Shown here one piece after another: positions 28,269 to 40,075 of a DNA stretch of 64,000 nucleotides. The notes beneath the pieces are model-generated. The model was given only the letters and a program-made list of their open reading frames with translations, ran no database searches and was not told the origin of the DNA. Each line of letters begins with the position of its first letter. Within the stretch, counting starts at the first letter, position 1. Origin of the DNA: an uncultured delta proteobacterium (GTDB lineage: Bacteria > Desulfobacterota > Binatia > UBA9968); contig CAVTUQ010000013.1 in NCBI GenBank assembly GCA_963737905.1, forward strand, positions 53,349 to 117,348, given 5' to 3'. The translations under genes were made by a program, and so were the position numbers.

Positions 28269-31143
28269 AAAACCTTTGCGAGAGGTAAGAGGTTTCTTCC
28301 TTCCGAAAGAATGACGCTTAGCTCTTCGCCCGTAAAGATATTCAGCCAACATTCGGGAACGCCCTCGGGCAGCACAAGGGCACTGAAACCCCACGTTTCT
28401 TCCCCTAAGGGTGGGCGTTCTGGTTTGAGGATTGGCGTGATCAGCCGGGGCACCGCCACCAAAGCCCCGATCTCGCCCCTCTGCCGCGCAAAGGCACAGA
28501 TATGATCTCTGGCACCGTCAGAAGTATCGATCGGGAGATAACTTCCTTCTTCAAACAGCGGCCTTTGGGAGCGGCGAAAACTCAAACCCTTGTAAGTCAC
28601 GTAGAGCTTGATCCTGCCGTCCACCCAACGCGTAAGCAGATCTTGAATAAGCGAAGCACGGTCTTCTTTCTCTCGCTGCTTTAGCTCTTCGAGGAGCTTT
28701 ATCCGTTTGTCGAAATCCACTGGCCGGCGGTTGTCGGGATCCACCAGGCTAAAATCCCAGAATTCTGTCCCTTGGTAGAAATCCGGGACCCCAGGCGAAG
28801 CGATCTTTAGAAGCGTTTGCGAGAGAGAGTTCAACATGCCCGGGTAAGCGACCCTTCGATGAAAGGACATGAAGTCGCTCATAAAGCTATTCTCCGGGTC
28901 GGCAACCAGGACTTCCTTGACGAACTTGCTCACCGCGCGATCGTAGGCCTCGTTCGGGTTGACCCAGCTGGTGTGGACTTTGGCTTCCTTGATGGCTTTC
29001 TGCATATACGCGCCCATGCGCTCGCGAAAATCGGCAAACTCCTCGGGGCCATACGATGCAGCCGGCCATGCACCTACCAGGGTCTGATAAAACAGGTATT
29101 CATCGTTATTGTCGGGTGCAAGGTCGGCACCTACTTGAGATTTTTTGTCGGCGTTGAGCCTGCTCCAACGTTCCAGGGCTGCGCCCCATTCCGCAGGGAT
29201 CTCAGACAGCACGTTAATACGTGCCCGCACGTCTTCGCTGCGCTTGGTATCGTGGGTGGAGGTCGTGAGCATCGAGTGCGGCCAATGCCGTTGGCGGTTG
29301 GCGTTCTCGCGATGAAACGCTTCCACCGACAGCCCGAACTGCTCGGGATCACCCCCCACTTCGTTCAACGAGGTCAAGCGATTAAATGCGTAGAATGCCG
29401 TGTCCTCCACAGCCTTGGCCATCACCGGTCCCGTAAGTTGTTGAAGCTCTAATACAAAGTCGATCACCTGCGGCCGGTCCTCGGCGCGGAAATGTCGCAG
29501 GTTTCTAAGCAGCAGCGTGTCCTGAATGAAAGTCGAAGAGCGCCCGTGCCGTCCGAGGGTTCCGCCTCTTGGCCTCTTCCACAGCGGCCTCGATATATTT
29601 CTGGTCTCTTTCTAACACCGTGGCCGTGGTCGCATTATTGTAAGTCCGATAAACGGAAAGACAGGCGATGACCTCGCGAATAGCAAACGTGAGGCTATTG
29701 AGAGTGAAGTCTCGATAGTGACGGTTCCTCTCGGAGATGCGATCGAGTTGATGGCTCAGGGAGTTGATCTCGCTGGCCAGAGAAATCAACATGATCATTT
29801 TTTTTGTCGAGTTGATCAGATTTCCAAAATCGATTTTTCTTCCGATGAACTCTCTATAGATTTTGTCAACGATATCGCAGTTGGCAGGCTCGGCGAAGAT
29901 GCCGTTGACGTTATTCAAGAAGTCATAGCCGGTGGTGCCATAAACTGCCCAGTCTTCTGGCAAGGATTCTCCTTTTGAAAGAATCTTCTCGGCTACCACA
30001 TATAACGGCCACGGAGGTGCCTGTACGTGGTCTGGATTCAGAGTGGCATCATGAAGCGCCTGGGGCCGCTCAGAGCCATAGCTTTGCTGGAGCTGTTGGA
30101 AATAGGCCGCCGGGTCCCACAAACCATCCGGGTGATCCACACGCAGGCCGGTGGCTTTTCCCTCCCGAAGAAGCCGCAAGATGAGCTGGTGCGTCGCTTG
30201 GAAAACCTCGGGCAACTCCATGCGGATCGCCGCCAGTTCATTGATGTCGAAAAACCGCCGGTAGTTGATCTCCTCACCGGCGACCCGCCAGAAAGCCAGC
30301 CGATAGGGCTGCGCTTCGATTAGTCTATCCAACCGATCAAAGCTCTGGGGCTCGCCCGCCGTGCCATTGAACTCCCGCAGGGTGGTGTCAATGGCGCTTC
30401 TCACTAAAGGGCTGGCTTGGACGAGCGAGGCGATGCGCCGTTTGATAACCTCTTTTTCCCGGTTACGTTCTTCGCGCTTTTCCGGGTCCGACTCGGTGCG
30501 CTCCGGAAGGTAGCTTATGGCAGTCAGGATGCTCTGGAGCTCCTGCAGCGACTCATTGTCCTTTCCCAGGGTTTCCGCCAAGCGGTCGAGCCGATATTCA
30601 AGGATGCTGCTATAGCTGCCGGGCGCCAACGGGAGCTTAGTGTCGTAATAGTAGATGAAAAAGGCTCCGTCCTCGTAAGCAAGCCTTAGTTTGCCATCTT
30701 CCAACACGTTGCCGTATTGGTCCTCCAGGATAGGGAGCAATACCTTGTTCTCCAGCTGCGGATTCACCGGGTGCCAGTCGATGTCGAAATAGGACGCGTA
30801 ACTCGAGCTGGGGCCGTTCTCGAGCACATCCATCCACCAGGCATTGCAGGTTTGGCCGATGACCATGTGATTGGGCACTATGTCGAGAATAAGCCCCAGG
30901 CCGTGCTTGCTTAAGGTTGAGGTGAAGGCCTCGAAGTCTTCCTCACTGCCGAGCACAGGGTTCAACTGGCTGTGATCGCAGACGTCATAGCCGCTATCGC
31001 TATTGGCTGGCGTCTTGAGCAAGGGCGACGCATAGCAGTCGCTGACTCCCAAGATCATGGAGGTAGGGCACGATGGCCGTGGCATCGGGGAACCTGAAAG
31101 CGCGGTTGAACTGAAGCCGGTACGTGGCCGTCGGGATGCGCAT
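28217..31143 (-). CDS. treY: Malto-oligosyltrehalose synthase (frameshifted near 31050 and 29470-29530)
   Basis: [13 protein letters not shown] from ATG 31143, [79 protein letters not shown]. Confidence 0.92.
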
Positions 31144-31233
31144 AGGATTTTTTCTATCAGGTTGAAAGCCTGCTCGCCAGCATCGGGAGGGCCGACTAGC
31201 AACTCGAGGTCCAAAACGCTAAACTGCTTTTAC

Positions 31234-31583
31234 GGGGGCGATGTGGTTTCGACGGGGGTGGGAAGTCAAAGTGGCATGCCGGGGTTCTGTTATCCCGTTA
31301 AACAAACAGATCTGCAATTTAAACGCAGATAATTTTGAATACGCCCTAGCTGCCTAATCGCAGTTAGCGTCTTACCGGCTTTCTCCCACGGGGTTGGATA
31401 AGACGTCATTTAGTGGGATTGGCTGATTCCTCTGCCGGAGGGGATGAGGCTGAAATCCAAACCGGCTGGCTCCGAGAGACCTTGCCGCTGGGGGCTCAAG
31501 GAGCGAGATCAAAGCATCGGCTAAGCATGTAGTCATATTTGGCGGAAGACCTTCGGACGGGGGTTCGATTCCCCCCGCCTCCA
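31234..31583 (+). ncRNA. ssrA: tmRNA
   Basis: 5' GGGGGCG...TTCGAC; 3' GGTTCGATTCCCCCCGCCTCCA T-arm/acceptor stem; tag ORF 31325-31357 = ADNFEYALAA*. Confidence 0.96.
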
Positions 31584-31994
31584 GTTATCCTAAACCATTT
31601 ATTTTACTAAAGATTTTCGTCCAGTGGCGAGACCACTCTTCTCTTCACTAGAAAAGTCTTCGTCCAGCGTCGGACGATCAAAGGACTATCCTCTAGGTTG
31701 GAGTTTGCCAAAGAATTTTGGCTCGCTCCAAACGAGGCAAGAAAGACTAAGTGCTAGACTGGCTTCCTCGCCGGGATCGCTTTTATTAAGTCTAAAGCGT
31801 AGCATCTCCGCGGGACCAGAATTCTCAGTTAAAGACTAGAGCGGCAGCGCCGAATCGGAATTGCCGGGGAAGTCAGCACTTCAATCTATGCGCTGACTAC
31901 CAGTCGTAAGATGAGTTCCAAGGTGCTAAAATAATTTTTTTTTCGGCGAAACACTTAAGAATGAAAGAACGCTACTCCTCGACAGGAGGCCAGC

Positions 31995-32246
31995 ATGCCG
32001 AGAGTGACATTAGAGTTACCCGAAGAGGTCTTTTCAGCCTTGCGGCGCTCGCCGGAGGAGTTTGCGCGCGATCTACGACTCGCGGCCGCTATCCACTGGT
32101 ACGAGCGAGGAGAGGTCTCCCAGGAAAGGGCTGCCCGTATCGCAGGTATGGACCGGACTGACTTTCTCGCTGCGTTGGCCCGTGAGGGGGCGAACGCCTT
32201 TGTCGTGGACTTCGACGATTTGAAACGGGAGCTTGAGCGTGGCTGA
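31995..32246 (+). CDS. UPF0175-family putative antitoxin
   Basis: LRLAAAIHWYERGEVSQERAARIAGMDR.DFL; overlaps downstream PIN gene. Confidence 0.85.
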   Translation: MPRVTLELPEEVFSALRRSPEEFARDLRLAAAIHWYERGEVSQERAARIAGMDRTDFLAALAREGANAFVVDFDDLKRELERG

Positions 32247-32724
32247 GCGGCCCGCTGTGAACGCCTCTCCTCTGATCTTTTTATCCCGAGCCAGCCTGCT
32301 TAATCTGCTCAGATTGGAAGCGAACGAGATCGTTGTTCCCGAAACCGTTGCGGAAGAGATTCGACGGAGAGGGAGTGACGATCCTGCTGCTCAGGCACTT
32401 GAAAAGACCGCGTGGCTCAAAGTTATCCAAGCGCCCCAGATCCCGGACATCATACGGGCATGGGATCTCGGTGAGGGTGAGGCATCGGTTCTAGCGTGGG
32501 GATACGCTAATGCGGGAACAGTGGTCATCGTAGACGATCTCGCTGCTCGCCGATGTGGCGCGACGCTTGGAATTCCTGTTCGAGGGACACTCGGTCTCAT
32601 CTTGACTGCAAAGAAAAGAGGTGTGATTCCTCAAGCCCGACCTGTGCTTGAAAACCTGCGGCGGTCCGGCATATATCTGTCCGACCGTATCCTCGACAAA
32701 GCCATTAAGTTGGTTGACGAGTGA
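32233..32724 (+). CDS. DUF3368-family PIN-domain toxin
   Basis: VNASPLI.L, VP.TV..E, LGEGEA, VDD.AARR, GTLGLIL.AK..G.I. Confidence 0.85.
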   Translation: MSVAERPAVNASPLIFLSRASLLNLLRLEANEIVVPETVAEEIRRRGSDDPAAQALEKTAWLKVIQAPQIPDIIRAWDLGEGEASVLAWGYANAGTVVIVDDLAARRCGATLGIPVRGTLGLILTAKKRGVIPQARPVLENLRRSGIYLSDRILDKAIKLVDE

Positions 32725-33036
32725 AAAACGCCTGGAAGCTTCTCTGCGTCACCGACAACAGACTCGTCCGCTAAACAACCTGCTAACAAAACCAACGGGG
32801 CTCGTATGAGGCGGCTTCTGCATCCAGTCCAGCGGAACGACGGGGGAGCACACTCACCGCTGGCGCTCCCACCCTTAATCTTGGCCGCAGCAACTTCTAT
32901 CACTAATAGTTTCCTTGATCCCGCTTCGAGTGGGGTAAGGGGGGTTTAGGCATGTTGCGTCAAGGCTTACAGCGCAATAGGATCAATGTCGCTCTCTAAG
33001 CAAACCTGCGGATCGCCTTCGCGTGGCTGTCGTGGA

Positions 33037-35528
33037 ATGGACTTGCCGGAAAAAAAGATGATGCGCGAGTTAGAGAAAGCTATCGAAGAGATAGAGAGAC
33101 TGCGTCAGGAGAATAGCCAGCTTAGAAAAAAGCTAGGAATAGAAGTCTCTGAAGCGAAGGGCGGATTACAATCAATCAGCGGCTAAGCTTCTCTCAGCGC
33201 CCGACGCTAGAGTTGAGAGAAACTCAGGAAGCCAGGAGCTACGGAGGAACACGGGCTCTCGACTTTTGCAGGAACTCGCCGAATCGATTCCAATGTTTCG
33301 GCTCAAGAAAAGATAAAGTTGTTTCGGGCGCTCTTCAGGGGCAGAGAGGATAACTATGCAGTATTCTGGTTTAATGAACGAACTGGAAAGAAGGGATACT
33401 CGCCAGCTTGCGAGGATCCATGGAGTTCAAGGAAAGGAAAGCCAAAGAAATATCTTCCTTTGACGGATGAAGTTATTCTTAGCCATCTGACGTGGAGAGA
33501 AAATCATCGGTGTTTATCCGTTGCTTAAAGATGATACCTGCTGGTTCTTAGCTTGTGATTTCGACAAGGAAGGTTGGACACTTGATGCTTTGGCCTTTCT
33601 GAATATCTGCAAAGAGTACGGAGTGCCAGCCTATCTGGAACGATCGCGGTCCGGAAATGGCGGTCACGTTTGGATCTTTTTTTCCGTGCCTGTGCCTGCC
33701 ACCTCAGCCAGGCAGCTCGGGATACGCCTTCTTAAGGAAACCATGGTGCTTCGCGCGGAGATGGATCTCGCCAGCTACGACCGTTTTTTTCCCAGCCAAG
33801 ATTTTTTGCCACGAGCGGGGTTTGGTAATCTCATCGCCTTGCCATTGCAGAAGAAATCTCGTGCTTTGGGAAATACAGAGTTCTTAAATCCTGGTGGGCC
33901 TGAACTCCGTCCCTGGCCGGACCAGTGGGCCTTCTTAAGTCAGATCAAGCGGCTTGGACCCTCCCAGGTAGAAGCGCTGCTTAAAAGAGTCCCGCCAGTG
34001 TCAGTTGGACCGGGTAAACTGGGAAGCGTATCCCCGGCCATACGCGAAAGATACCCAGCCCCCAAGCAGATCCGCTGCAGCTCTTGGGTCCACATTGAGC
34101 ATAGAAAAATCTGGGATTCCGCCATGGCTGCTCGCTCAAATTAAGCAACTCGCGTTGCTCCACAATCCGCAGTTCTATGAACGCGAGAAACTGCGTCTAT
34201 CCACGTGGCGAATTCCACGATTCATTAAGTGTTACGAAGAGGACGTTAGCCATATCCATCTGCCAAGAGGTACGGCTGGAACAGATAAAGGAAATCGTAA
34301 AGAGAGCGGGCAGTAAGGTTTCTCTGTATCGACCAGCGGCTGGCACCTGAAGAAGTTAGCCTTAAAGTTTCTAGGCTCACTGATGCCCTCACAAAGGAAG
34401 GCCATGGAGGCCATTCTTAGCCGTATGACATGGGAGTCCTGGTCGCGCCACCCGGAGCGGGCAAGACCGTCATGGGCTGCTATGCGGTTGCAGAGAGAAA
34501 CGTGCCTACACTAATTCTGGCGCATCGAAAACCCATCCTGGATCAATGGCGTACTCCAGATCGGGGAACTTTTGAGTCTTTCCTTCCCGCATTGTCGGCC
34601 AAGTGGGAGGCGGAAGAAACCGGCAAACAGGTGTCATCGATTTGGGCATGATGCAGAGTCTCAAACGCTTTGATGACCTGGAAACCTTTTTCTCCAAATA
34701 CGGATTTATCGTGGTAGATGAATGTCACCATTTACCTGCTTTCACGTTTGAAGCTTGCGTCAAGAAAGCGCCTGTCCGGTACATCTTGGGTCTCACGGCA
34801 ACACCTTACCGTCGTGACGGCCTGCAGGAGATTATTACCTTGCAGTGCGGATCAATTCGCCACACAATGGAGCCCATCGAGAACAGTTTCTCCCGAACAC
34901 TTTTCGTTCGCGAAACTTCGTTTACCTATTCGAATGATGGCGACCCTCCGATACAAGAGATTTTTCGCAGCCTGGTCAAGGACGACGCACGGAATGAGTT
35001 GATTCGGGAGGATGTCCGCCAGGCGCTCACTGAGGGAAGGCGCTGTTTGATCCTGAGCCACTGGAAAGAACACTGTGAGCTCCTTGCAGACGGATTGCGG
35101 CAGCGCGGCAAGACTCCGTTGGTTCTGACCGGAAGCCTGGGCAAGAAAACACGCTCTGCCATTTTAGGGTCGATTCAGGAAATGCCTTCTGACAGCGAAC
35201 TCCTCGCCATAGCAACCGGCCAGTACTTGGGCGAAGGCTTTGACTGTCCCAAGTGGACACGCTCTTTCTCGCCTTCCCTCTGTCTTTCAAAGGGAAGCTT
35301 GTTCAATATGTGGGCCGAGTTTTGAGAAGCCACGAGGGCAAGAGTAGCGTGAGAGTCTACGACTATGTGGACACACAAGTGCCAATTCTGAGAAAGATGT
35401 ACGCGAAACGCCAAAAGACCTACAGATCCCTTGGATTTGCTTCCGAGAAGGACCAAGCAAAGGAGTCTTTCAAAAAGACCTCCGACACCACAGGGATTCC
35501 CACAGAACTTTTTAGCTCAGGTTCGTAA
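33037..35528 (+). CDS. Archaeo-eukaryotic primase (TOTE-type) fused to SF2 DExH helicase; multiple frameshifts
   Basis: LFRGRED.YA, YLPLTD, WFLACDFD, LERSRSGNGGHVWIFF, YDRFFPSQD, GNLIALPLQ; helicase APPGAGKT, VVDECHH, LTATP, GEGFDCP, QYVGRVLR, spread over successive frames. Confidence 0.8.
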
Positions 35529-35689
35529 GCGAAGCCTTCTGTGAATTCAAAGAGATCTTTTTCGGTACTTCTTGCCAGGCTTTCGTCCGTCTCCCCTGGT
35601 GGCTTCAAATCAAGACGCTTGGCCTAAATAGCAACCTGAAGCAACTCTGAACGCAATACTACGCCTCCCGGCTTGTTCCCCGCTTTGTT

Positions 35690-35870
35690 GTATTGGCGCC
35701 ACGATGCGCTGAATTTTGTCGCTTAACCGCTGAATCGTGACGGCATCTTTATCTCTGCCGGCGAAAAACGCTAGCCATCGAGTTTCACTTCGTGGAGCCA
35801 CTCTCGCCCACGGGGATATTCTGCGCGGCGAGCGCAGGCATCCGGAATGAAAATCGTATCCGGTTTTATC
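35690..35870 (-). pseudogene. Remnant of ATP-dependent DNA ligase (LigD/LigC-like) N-terminus
   Basis: P.GREWLHEVKLDG motif I followed by TAG where Y(R) is expected. Confidence 0.5.
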
Positions 35871-35976
35871 TGTTTCTTTGCCAATTCTAGCGCTAAACAT
35901 CCGTTGTTCACGAGGCCGATGGTTGTGTTATGGATAGCGTAAAAGTCGCTGCTTTGCTCGCAAGGAGGAAGCACAC

Positions 35977-37137
35977 ATGCGCCAACGTTTTAAGATTTTT
36001 GATTCGGATACGCACCTCAGTCCAAATGCGGAAACCCTGGAGCCCTATTTCGATGCCAATATGCGCAAGCGGCTGCCAGAGTGGGAGAACTGTAAAGTTC
36101 CGTTTCGTGTAGGCTGGGCCGGCGAGACTTTGGAACCGCCATATCGTCACCGCTATCAGTTTACGAAAAGATCCGGCTGGCGTGAGAAACTGCGGATTTT
36201 AGGCGAAGCGGGTCCGAGGGAACAGGTTGAGCGGCCTCACCCGAAATTTATGGGTAGCCGCTTTCCGACACCGGGCGGCTCCGATGACAATGTCGAAGCG
36301 CGCATTCGAGATATGGATGAAGAAGGAGTAGATGTTCAGCTCATGCTTCCTGGAACGCCTCCGGCTTCGGACGACGTTGAGATTGAGATTGGATTTATTC
36401 GCGCGAATCACCGCTTTACGAACGACTTTTGCAGTAAGTATCCACATCGGCTCAAATCTCTCATCGTGGTGAGCAATAAAGCGATTGACGTATCAGTGGA
36501 AGAAATCAAAACATGGGCGAGCGCGCCATGGGCCGCCGGGATCTATCCTCACTTGGATGAAGGAGTTCCCATCGATCACCCCGATCTGGAGCCGATCTGG
36601 GCCGCGGCGAACGAAGCAGGACTCTGTGTCGCGCATCACAGTTTTACCCAAGGTTATCCTGGCCACCGCGACCTCTGGGACAACCCGTTCATTGGCCGGA
36701 CTGCCTCGCACCCGTGGGGTGCGATGAGAGCCATGACAGCATTCTTCGGCGCCGGTATCATGGATCGATACCCGAATATTCGCTACTGCATCCTCGAGTC
36801 CGGCTTTGGCTGGCTGCCGTTTTGGGGAGCGCGTATGGACGATCAAAGCGACTACATCTCTTACGCACTGCCGCAGAATCTGGCTCACAAACCTAGCGAG
36901 TACATGACCAGCGGGCGCTTTTTCGCCAGCCTGGTGATCCATGAAGGGGAGAAGATGGCCAAAATGGTCACCGACTTTCTCGGCGACGGCTTGCTAATGT
37001 ATTCGTCCGATTACCCCCACGCTGAATCCCGCTTTCCCGAGTCCACCGACAAGGTACTGGCGTGGAAATCTCTGGGCGATGACGTCATGCGAAAAATGCT
37101 CTGGGACAACGCGACGAGATGCTTCGGAGAGCCCTAG
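35977..37137 (+). CDS. Amidohydrolase_2 family protein
   Basis: DSDTH, DMDEEGVDVQ, LESGFGWLP, YSSDYPHAES, LWDNA. Confidence 0.9.
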   Translation: MRQRFKIFDSDTHLSPNAETLEPYFDANMRKRLPEWENCKVPFRVGWAGETLEPPYRHRYQFTKRSGWREKLRILGEAGPREQVERPHPKFMGSRFPTPGGSDDNVEARIRDMDEEGVDVQLMLPGTPPASDDVEIEIGFIRANHRFTNDFCSKYPHRLKSLIVVSNKAIDVSVEEIKTWASAPWAAGIYPHLDEGVPIDHPDLEPIWAAANEAGLCVAHHSFTQGYPGHRDLWDNPFIGRTASHPWGAMRAMTAFFGAGIMDRYPNIRYCILESGFGWLPFWGARMDDQSDYISYALPQNLAHKPSEYMTSGRFFASLVIHEGEKMAKMVTDFLGDGLLMYSSDYPHAESRFPESTDKVLAWKSLGDDVMRKMLWDNATRCFGEP

Positions 37138-37159
37138 AAGGGTTTCGGAACGAAACCGC

Positions 37160-37190
37160 CGTTCCAGGTTCAATGTTCAAGGGTTCAAGT
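37160..37190 (+). repeat. Short GTTCAA tandem repeat
   Basis: gttccag-gttcaat-gttcaagg-gttcaag, intergenic. Confidence 0.45.
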
Positions 37191-37251
37191 AGGAGAGCGC
37201 ATTTCAGTTATCAGATTTTGGTTCATCGTTCAGTTCGAACCGGGGGATGTT

Positions 37252-38289
37252 ATGGGAGAGATTCTTGGTATTGGTTGTAGTCACGGGCCGGGAATTACGG
37301 GGCCGCTGACGCGTCTAACGGATATTTACTTGCGCCGCAATTTGCAAAGCGAACTTACCCCGGTTCATATGAAGGATCCAAAGAATTGGCCGAGAAAGAT
37401 GCAGGAGGAGTGGGACGGCGATGAAGGGTTAGCTTTCGCTGCGGAGTACCAACGCATACTACAGCCGGCCTATCGAAAGGCCCGTGAGTGCATCGATGAA
37501 TTCAAGCCAGATTTTGTTCTCATTTTTGGTGACGACCAGTATGAGGTTTTCAAAGAAGACTGTATTCCACCCTTCGCTGTCTTTGCTATCGATAACATTC
37601 CAATGAAAGATTCGCCTGACTATAAAGACGAGAGTGCGAGCATCAAGGGAAGTAAGCAGATCGGTAATTATTTGGTCCATGGGTTGGTGACAAAGGGATT
37701 CGACGTGGCTTGCTGCTGGCGTCTGCGCAATCAAGAGAAATACGGGCATGCCTTCACGACAACGATTCAGTACTTGGACCTGGAGAAGAGAGGCTTTGAC
37801 TACCCAATTATTCCGCTGACTGTAAATTGTTATGGACGCGATCTGCGTGTCCCCAATGATCAGTATCCAGTCACGAAGTTGATGGGTCGGCGTTTAGAAA
37901 ACGTTTCTGTGCCGCCACCTCCCTCGCCACCACCCTGGCGTTGCTATGATCTTGGTAAGGCCGTCACGGAAATTATCAAACAAAGTCCCTGGCGCGCGGT
38001 TGTTATCGGCTCGTCCAGCTGGTCACATGCGTCGCTCACAACGAAGAACTATTATTTATGGCCAGACGTAGAAACAGACCGCCAGCGATTTGCAGAACTG
38101 AAAAGCGGTGAGCACCGGAAGTGGCGGGGGTTGGACGCAGAGTTGATCCGAGACGCCGGTCAACACGAGTTCTTAAATTGGATTTGCTTGGCTGGTGCCA
38201 TGGATGACCGCAAGGCCGAAATCCTGGCTTGGGCAGAGTGCTACATCTTCAACTCGAGCAAATGCGTGTGCCTTTTTCGCCCTACCTGA
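37252..38289 (+). CDS. LigB/MhpB-like extradiol ring-cleavage dioxygenase subunit
   Basis: GIGCSHGP, IFGDDQYE.F, HAF, SSSWSHA, GQHEFLNW..LAGAM. Confidence 0.75.
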   Translation: MGEILGIGCSHGPGITGPLTRLTDIYLRRNLQSELTPVHMKDPKNWPRKMQEEWDGDEGLAFAAEYQRILQPAYRKARECIDEFKPDFVLIFGDDQYEVFKEDCIPPFAVFAIDNIPMKDSPDYKDESASIKGSKQIGNYLVHGLVTKGFDVACCWRLRNQEKYGHAFTTTIQYLDLEKRGFDYPIIPLTVNCYGRDLRVPNDQYPVTKLMGRRLENVSVPPPPSPPPWRCYDLGKAVTEIIKQSPWRAVVIGSSSWSHASLTTKNYYLWPDVETDRQRFAELKSGEHRKWRGLDAELIRDAGQHEFLNWICLAGAMDDRKAEILAWAECYIFNSSKCVCLFRPT

Positions 38290-38704
38290 TGTGAACACTG
38301 AGCGATGGTGTTCGGCGGCTTAGTGGGTTGCCGTGAGGCGTGTACGAGAGGTCGAACTTCTCGGCGAGCGCGGCAAGTCGAGGATCCGCGGTCCAGAGCC
38401 GGTATCGACCGACGATAGCCGAGGCCAGCAAGTGGACATCAATCCATCCGGCCCCTTGACCATGCAGACGGCGCTCCCGTACGAAGGCGACGACATCTCC
38501 ATGCGGAACCGGGGTTGCCTGGTGCATCTGCTCGTAAGCATCGAGCAGCTTTCTACGACCGCCTTTGTCACCGATAAGTAGTTCACCAAAAACGAGTTCG
38601 TGGCCAGCTACTTCGTCCCTCTCCAGCAGAGAATCGAGTTCGGTGGCGTAGGGTTCACGACCCCTGAGGAAGCGAATCCACACCGACGTGTCGACAAGCA
38701 CCAT
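38282..38704 (-). CDS. VapC-like PIN-domain toxin
   Basis: LVDTSVWI, ELLIG, GWIDVHLLAS, LWTAD. Confidence 0.9.
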   Translation of the reverse strand: MVLVDTSVWIRFLRGREPYATELDSLLERDEVAGHELVFGELLIGDKGGRRKLLDAYEQMHQATPVPHGDVVAFVRERRLHGQGAGWIDVHLLASAIVGRYRLWTADPRLAALAEKFDLSYTPHGNPLSRRTPSLSVHIR

Positions 38705-38919
38705 CAGGCAGCGCGGCGCTTGCGGGCGGCGGATTCACGGCGTCTCGGAATGTCCTTGGCCTTCGGCTCCGAGCCCCTCAGGGCACGTAGGCGCTCATAC
38801 GCAGCATGACGGACCAGAGCCTCGAGGCCGAGGCGGACCGTGTCCGTGTCTGTCCCTGCGCCAGACGCGAGCTTCGCCTCGCTAAGAAGCTTTTCATCGA
38901 TGTGCAGGGTCTTTTTCAT
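38704..38919 (-). CDS. VapB-like antitoxin
   Basis: MKKTLHIDEKLL.EA...G..T.T.TV..GLEALV; translationally coupled to the toxin. Confidence 0.85.
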   Translation of the reverse strand: MKKTLHIDEKLLSEAKLASGAGTDTDTVRLGLEALVRHAAYERLRALRGSEPKAKDIPRRRESAARKRRAA

Positions 38920-39029
38920 ACAGATGATAATGCCATACTTGTATGGTAGAAACAACCAGCACGGATTCAACGGCGTATCGCGCGCTTTACACAACCGCTA
39001 TCTCGAGGGGGCGTTCAATACACAATTCC

Positions 39030-39427
39030 GACTGCCCCAACTGCGGCGGCGCCTTGAAGATCATCGCCTGTCCTTCGAGCACTGCGTCGAAGAGCCGCCA
39101 TCGAAGATCCGCCGGTGATCGTCAAGATCCTCAGCCAGCTGGGCCTGCCATCCGCGCCCCGCCGCGTGCCCGGCGCGTCGAGTCGATCTATTCCAGACGA
39201 TCTGAGGAGCCGAAAACCGCTTGCCAACGCAAGCCGACGGCGCCGCTCGCTCTGAGTTCGAGCGAGCGGCTGCCATAAAGGAACCTTTCGCGCGCCTCCC
39301 GACCGCTCTCCGCCGAGCCGCCCGGCACAACAGTGGGTTTTTCATCAAGCAGAAAAGGAATTGACAACTCTCCCGGTCCTGCGATATGGCTCCGGTCATA
39401 GAAAAAGGTGGTTTAAAATTCCTATCC
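39030..39427 (+). mobile_element. ISCR/IS91-family 3' remnant, copy 1 (transposase C-terminus plus oriIS)
   Basis: CPNCGGALKIIA...IEDP.VIVKIL; terminus GTGGTTTAAAATTCCTATCC (39408-39427). Confidence 0.8.
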
Positions 39428-40003
39428 ATCTTGCGTTCAATTTTTTCGAGCGTACAATCCTTTCAATATTTTCACTTCAAAGGAATGTGTTTTGGTCTGC
39501 GACCGTAAAAGAGAGTTGGAAGCAGCGAAAGCCAAAGCTGACTTGAGAAAAGTGTATTCCCTCTCTTTGGGTCTGTTGCGTTCGGACGCTGCGCACGAAA
39601 GTTTCCAGAAAGAAATGTCAGCCCTGAAATCGAGTGGGCAAACTTTAGATCCAGCCTCGATGATTTCAGCCGTCGAGCAAGTCCAAAGCAACACTCTTAC
39701 CCGTTCTAGAGATCTACTCGATTTTTATCTTGCTGCTTGTATGCCGTTGTGGAAAACTGGACCGAGTGGAAGTTTACCGATCCAGACGTGGACAAACTTT
39801 TAAGTAGCCCTAACTTAAACATTCTCGAAAAGTATCGTCACACAGTATTCCACATTGAAAAGTTCAACGCGAAGGGAACATTGAATATGCTCAATCAACC
39901 CGAAGTTCTCTCGTGGGCGCAAGAACACTCTCAGAAGCCATACGGCAGTCCCTTTGTAAGAAGTTCCCAAACTCCGGGTGAGAGCGGCCCGAATTACCAT
40001 TGA
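39428..40003 (+). CDS. Putative HEPN-like protein (5' truncated, frameshifted)
   Basis: Joined frames give ...FYLAA/YAVVENW.EWKFTDPDVDKLLSSPN...KYRHTVFH (Rx4H). Confidence 0.45.
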
Positions 40004-40075
40004 CACAAAAATACTCTCTGGGTCGCTTATGAGAGGTAAAATTAGAGGCAACCTCTGTCACCCGATTTCTGAAAC

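Noticed and set aside
28217-35528. Programmed frameshifting or true pseudogenisation of treY and the primase-helicase
   Set aside because: Breaks are numerous, mostly single-base indels in short homopolymers with otherwise intact motifs; sequencing error is more parsimonious.
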